From assembly GCA_963771465.1 (NCBI GenBank), contig CAVYTU010000017.1, forward strand, positions 960,001 through 1,024,000: a stretch of 64,000 nucleotides of DNA. The letters are read 5' to 3'. Shown in pieces: positions 59,925-64,000 of this stretch. The translations under genes and the position numbers were made by a program. Position 1 is the first letter of the stretch. The number at the start of each line of letters is the position of its first letter. Source of the stretch: an uncultured delta proteobacterium. GTDB lineage: Bacteria; Desulfobacterota; Binatia; UBA9968. A model generated the notes under the pieces. It was not told the origin of the DNA. It saw only the letters and a list, made by a program, of their open reading frames with translations, and did no database searches.

Positions 59925-61397
59925 ATGGCACGTCCGGAGAGAGTCGGCGCTTCACATAGCACGGTGAGTTATCGCGGTTTGCGCGACTGGATCGACCAAG
60001 TTGAAAAGATGGGCGAATTGTTGAAGGTCAATGGCGCCCACTGGGACCGTGAGATGGGCTCGATCACGCAGATGCTCACCGAAGGCGGTAAGGGCAAGGC
60101 GCCGGCCATCGTGTTCGACGAAGTGCCCGGCTATCCCAAGGGCTATCGGACTTTGTACGGTCAATTCTCGACGATCAAGCGCGTCGCGCTGACCCTTGGC
60201 TTGCCGCTCGAATACGAACACAAAGCCGACATCGTCAAAGCCTATCATCACGTCATGACCGACATGAAAATGATCAAACCGAAGATGGTCAAGAGCGGAC
60301 CGATCTTCGAAAACGTCTTTGAAGGCGACAAAGTGGACGTGCTCAAACTGCCGGTGCCGATTCACCACCAGGCCGACACGCACCGTTACGTCGGTACCGC
60401 CGATATGTGCATCACCAAGGATCCCGACGCCGATTGGTATAACTTCGGCGCCTACCGCTGCGAAGTCTACGACGAGAAAACCATCGGCTGCCAGATCACC
60501 GAAGGCAAGCACGGCCGGATTCACCGCGACAAATATTTCGAGCGCGGCCAAAGCTGCAAGTTTGCCATCGTCTGCGGCCAAGATCCGCTTCTCTACATGC
60601 TTTCCGCTAGCCCGCTGCCGAGCGGAGTTTCCGAGTATGATTTTGCCGGCGGCATCCGCGGCGAACCGGTGGAAGTTGTCAAAGGTCCGTTCACCGGGTT
60701 TCCGATTCCTGCCGACGCCGAAATCGTCATCGAAGGCGAAGCCGTGCCGGGCCAGAGCAAGCCTGAAGGTCCGTTCGGCGAGTGGATGGGCTACTATTCC
60801 GACGACGTCGTGCCGCGGCCTTATCTAAACGTGAAGACCGTCATGTACCGCAACAATCCGATTCTCACCTGTGCGCCGCAGCATAAACCGGTGGACGAAA
60901 CCGGTCTGCTCAAAGGTATCGCCGGCGCGGCGGAGATATGGAACGCGCTGGAAGCTTGCGGCTTGCCCGAAATCCTCGGCGTGTGGAATCACGAAGGCGC
61001 GCCGGCGACGCGTTTCACGGCGATCCAAATCCGCCAGCGCTATCCCGGCCACGCGCGCAATGTTTTGCACGTCGCGTCAAACTGCATGGCCGGCGCCTAC
61101 AACGGTAAATGGACAGTCGTCGTCGACGACGATGTCGATTGCTCGGATATCGATCAAGTGCTGTGGGCCATGGGCACGCGCTTCGATCCGATGACCGATA
61201 TCGATCTGGTGCAAAAAGCCTGGTCGTCGGGACGCGATCCGATGTTTCTGCCGGGCAATTTCAACAACCGCATCTTGATCGACGCTTGCCAGCCGTACAA
61301 TCGAAAACTGCGCGGCGAGTTTCCTAAAGTCGTCGAGGTGCCGGAGAACGTGCGCCAACAATTGAAGGCGAAGTTTCCACAAATCTTTAAGCCATAA
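59925..61397 (+). CDS. UbiD-family prFMN-dependent (de)carboxylase
   Basis: NFGAYR, IPADAEIVIEG, EGPFGEWMGYY, VVVDDDVD, VLWAMGTR. Confidence 0.93.
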   Translation: MARPERVGASHSTVSYRGLRDWIDQVEKMGELLKVNGAHWDREMGSITQMLTEGGKGKAPAIVFDEVPGYPKGYRTLYGQFSTIKRVALTLGLPLEYEHKADIVKAYHHVMTDMKMIKPKMVKSGPIFENVFEGDKVDVLKLPVPIHHQADTHRYVGTADMCITKDPDADWYNFGAYRCEVYDEKTIGCQITEGKHGRIHRDKYFERGQSCKFAIVCGQDPLLYMLSASPLPSGVSEYDFAGGIRGEPVEVVKGPFTGFPIPADAEIVIEGEAVPGQSKPEGPFGEWMGYYSDDVVPRPYLNVKTVMYRNNPILTCAPQHKPVDETGLLKGIAGAAEIWNALEACGLPEILGVWNHEGAPATRFTAIQIRQRYPGHARNVLHVASNCMAGAYNGKWTVVVDDDVDCSDIDQVLWAMGTRFDPMTDIDLVQKAWSSGRDPMFLPGNFNNRILIDACQPYNRKLRGEFPKVVEVPENVRQQLKAKFPQIFKP

Positions 61398-61412
61398 TCC
61401 AAGGAGTCAACG

Positions 61413-62138
61413 ATGGTTTTTACAAGTTGGCGCGGAGTAGTTGGCGTGGTTAAACCAACCCATCGGCCGGGATCGTTGGAAGAATTCATTCGCCTGATGC
61501 CGGAAGGCGTAGGCGTCGTGCCGGTGTATCTTAACTTCCAGCGCGGCACGGAAGACGAATTTGTTGGGGCGCTCAACGCCGCCCATGAAAAAGTCGCGGA
61601 ACTGGCTAAAGAAGGCGTCGATTTGATTCATCCCGAAGGGGCGCCGGTTTTCATGGTGCATGGCTTCAAAGGCGAGGAAAAAATCGTCAAAGAGTGGGAA
61701 GCCGAATTCAAAATCCCTATCGTCACGGCGGGACAGACGCAAGTCGAGGCGCTGCGCGCTCTAGGCCTAAAGAAAATCGTCGGCGTGACCTATTCATCCG
61801 GCAGTATCAACGACATGTTCAAGCGCTATTTTCAGGAAGCCGGATTTGAAGTCTTGGCGATGGAAGGGATGAAAGTCGACTTCGCCGACGTTGGCCGGCT
61901 AGCGTCCACGGAAATCTATGCGCATACGCGGCAAGTCTTTCTAAACAATCCCGGCGCCGACGGAATCTACATGCTCGGCACCGGCTGGCGCTGCCTCGAT
62001 ATCGTTCACTTACTCGAAGAAGACTTACAGGTTCCCGTCGTTCACGCCGTTCCGGCGCGGGTGTGGGCAGTTCAGAAACGGCTGCACATTAGGCAGAAGG
62101 TGAAGGGATTCGGCAAGCTGCTCGAAGAGATGCCGTAA
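61413..62138 (+). CDS. Maleate isomerase/arylmalonate decarboxylase (Asp/Glu racemase fold)-like protein lacking canonical Cys
   Basis: GVDLI, EALRALGLKKI, YFQEAGFEV, ADGIYM, LEEDLQVPVV, GFGKLL; AAGGAG RBS. Confidence 0.85.
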   Translation: MVFTSWRGVVGVVKPTHRPGSLEEFIRLMPEGVGVVPVYLNFQRGTEDEFVGALNAAHEKVAELAKEGVDLIHPEGAPVFMVHGFKGEEKIVKEWEAEFKIPIVTAGQTQVEALRALGLKKIVGVTYSSGSINDMFKRYFQEAGFEVLAMEGMKVDFADVGRLASTEIYAHTRQVFLNNPGADGIYMLGTGWRCLDIVHLLEEDLQVPVVHAVPARVWAVQKRLHIRQKVKGFGKLLEEMP

Positions 62139-62145
62139 GGTCGAA

Positions 62146-63139
62146 TTAGAACCTGCCTTCTTTTTCCAGTTTCCTGACAAACCGATCGTCGACCAATTCT
62201 TCCGCTTTGAGTTTGCGGATCTTTTCGTTGGTTTGACCGAGCAGGCGGATGACGTTACGCACGCCGTCGGCGCGCGGATAGATTTTTCTTCTCATAGATA
62301 TTCGCAAGCGTGTCGTAGCCTTCCATGGCTTGTTCAATACTTTTCAGCCGCAGTCCCTTCATCAGACTTTTCAGTACCGCCGGTTTGTTTTCCGGTTTTT
62401 CGACGAACTGAAGCGCGTCGACTACCCCGCGCAGGACGTTCTCGACGACTTCGGGGTGCGAGTTCATGTAGCGCCGGGTCGTCAGGACGCCGGTACTTTG
62501 GAAAGGGATCGGCAATTTGGCGAGGTCGCCGAGATTGGTAAAGCCTTTGCTGATCAACGGCGCGGAAAAGGTATAACCCAAATGCGTCGCGGCGACGGTG
62601 TCATTGAGCAGCGCTTGGCTGCGCACCGACTCATCGCCGAGAACGCGAAAACTAATGCCGTCGCGTTTGGCATCCAAACCCCAATATTCGAGCGCCATCG
62701 TCGTGAACATCCAACTGCCGCCGCTGGCGCTGGTGACCGCGATGACTTTGCCTTTCAAGTCAGCTGGCATTTTGATTGTCGGCGACGCCATGATGTTACC
62801 GATGAGCTTGTTGATGATGCCCGCGACGAATACCAAATCCATACCTTCGGCGGCGGCGCCGAGCACGGCGCCAGTGGCTGACCCGGAATGCAGCTGGGTT
62901 TCGCCCGAAGCCAGCGCCGCCATGCCAACCGGCCCATTGCGGACGGTGACGAAAGTCAATTCCAACCCATAGCGACGAAAAATACCTAGGTCTTGAGCCA
63001 CGTACATCGCCGCTTCGCGCTCGCTGAACGAGCCGCTAGTCATTATGACTTTCGTGATGGCTTGAGCAGCAAAAACAGGTGAGACGGCGAACATGAGCCA
63101 GCAGCAGACCCATTGTCCGACGGCGAATTTTAATTTCAT
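62146..63139 (-). CDS. ABC substrate-binding protein (NMT1/SsuA-like), +1 frameshift near 62285 (probable error)
   Basis: Signal peptide, GIFRRYGL, DLKGKVIAVT; C-terminus VDDRFVRKLEKEGRF in the next frame; GGAGG RBS. Confidence 0.88.
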
Positions 63140-63158
63140 GATTTTCCTCCGCGAACCG

Positions 63159-63187
63159 ACAGTAAAGAAAAGCGACAGCGGGGTCAA
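63159..63187 (-). promoter_or_regulatory. Putative sigma70 promoter of the SBP gene
   Basis: Minus strand TTGACC-N17-TACTGT. Confidence 0.45.
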
Positions 63188-63265
63188 GACGAAATTCCCT
63201 TGCGCCGGTGTCCGTGCTATAGACTAGTGAAATCTCGAAAACTCAATCTACCGGCGCAAATCCCA

Positions 63266-64000
63266 ATGATCCTTGAAGCGGAAAAATTTCGTAGTTTCGA
63301 ACACGCCGGCTGGCAGGAAATTCCTGCCGGCTATCACGAAGCTTTCGGTAGCCTGACAACGCAGACCATCGAGGCGCTACTCGACGCTGTGCGTTTGAAG
63401 AAGGATATGAGCTTTCTCGACATCGCCAGTGGACCCGGCTATCTCGCCGCCGCGGCAGGCCAGCGCGGCGCGACGGTGCTTGGGGTCGATTTCTCCGCGG
63501 CGATGGTCGAGCAGGCAAAAAAACTTCATCCCGGTGTCGAATTTCGCGAAGGCGATGCCGAGAATCTGTCGCTCGGCAACGGTTTGTTTGACGCGGCGGC
63601 GATGAATTTCGGCATCCTTCATTTGGGCCAACCGGAGTTAGCTTTATTGGAAGCGCTAAGAATTCTTCGCGGCGGCGGCCGCTTCGCTTTCTCTGTCTGG
63701 GCCAAGCCGGAAGAAACCATCGGTTTTGACATCGTCCTGCGCGCCGTCGAGTTACACGGCGAGCCCCGCGTCGAACTGCCCGAAGGCCCGCCATTTTTTC
63801 GTTACAGCGAACCGGACGAATGCACTCGCGGCTTGCTCGTCGCGGGTTTTGAGTCGCCGAGCGTCACAAAGGTGATACAGAGGTGGCGTTTGCCGGCTGG
63901 CGATGGGCTTTTCAATGCGATGAAAGACAGCACCGTGCGCACCGCCGGTCTGCTGCGCGCACAAAAACCGACGATACTCAAAAAAATCCGCGATGAAATG
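63266..64000 (+). CDS. Class I SAM-dependent methyltransferase (3' truncated; absent from ORF track)
   Basis: Own translation: FEHAGW, LDIASGPG, GVDFSAAM, GDAENL, FDAA, LRGGGRFAF. Confidence 0.9.
   Translation, partial: MILEAEKFRSFEHAGWQEIPAGYHEAFGSLTTQTIEALLDAVRLKKDMSFLDIASGPGYLAAAAGQRGATVLGVDFSAAMVEQAKKLHPGVEFREGDAENLSLGNGLFDAAAMNFGILHLGQPELALLEALRILRGGGRFAFSVWAKPEETIGFDIVLRAVELHGEPRVELPEGPPFFRYSEPDECTRGLLVAGFESPSVTKVIQRWRLPAGDGLFNAMKDSTVRTAGLLRAQKPTILKKIRDEM

Noticed and set aside
62280-62295. A-rich run as a programmed frameshift site
   Set aside because: No canonical slippery heptamer with a stimulator; same +1 pattern as three other likely sequencing errors.
1-64000. CRISPR arrays, tRNA/rRNA, transposases, integrases, prophage or defence genes
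   Set aside because: No regularly spaced repeats, cloverleaf or rRNA-like tracts, or matching protein motifs seen; intergenic gaps are short.

Overview
Mostly core chromosome, moderately GC-rich, from a Deltaproteobacteria-like organism. The many orphan amidohydrolases, ABC solute-binding proteins, UbiD, luciferase-like and Mo-enzyme genes suggest Ca. Binatota/Binatia (inference). In order, the window holds: valS-nadC-birA-coaX-EF-G-like; a small catabolic cluster; a complete System I cytochrome c maturation operon (ccmABCDEFG plus a CcmH/I fusion); icd-mdh-sucCD-ndk-rlmN-mtnP-pfkB; UDP-sugar genes; lepA-lepB; a tandemly duplicated pair of unknown single-TM coiled-coil genes; Lhr helicase; a stand-alone Mo-hydroxylase large subunit; dgkA; mutL-miaA; an M20 peptidase; a COG0523 GTPase fusion, two bicupins and an ABC importer; an SDR, an O-methyltransferase, UbiD with a Cys-less racemase-fold protein, an SBP and a methyltransferase. 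I saw no rRNA, tRNA, CRISPR array, transposase or phage genes. Four genes carry single +1 insertions, which are probably sequencing errors. The best novel candidates are the A-B-A'-B' membrane protein module (37.4-38.8 kb), the GTPase/bicupin/importer cluster (51.7-57.7 kb), the structured icd leader and the UbiD/Cys-less isomerase pair.
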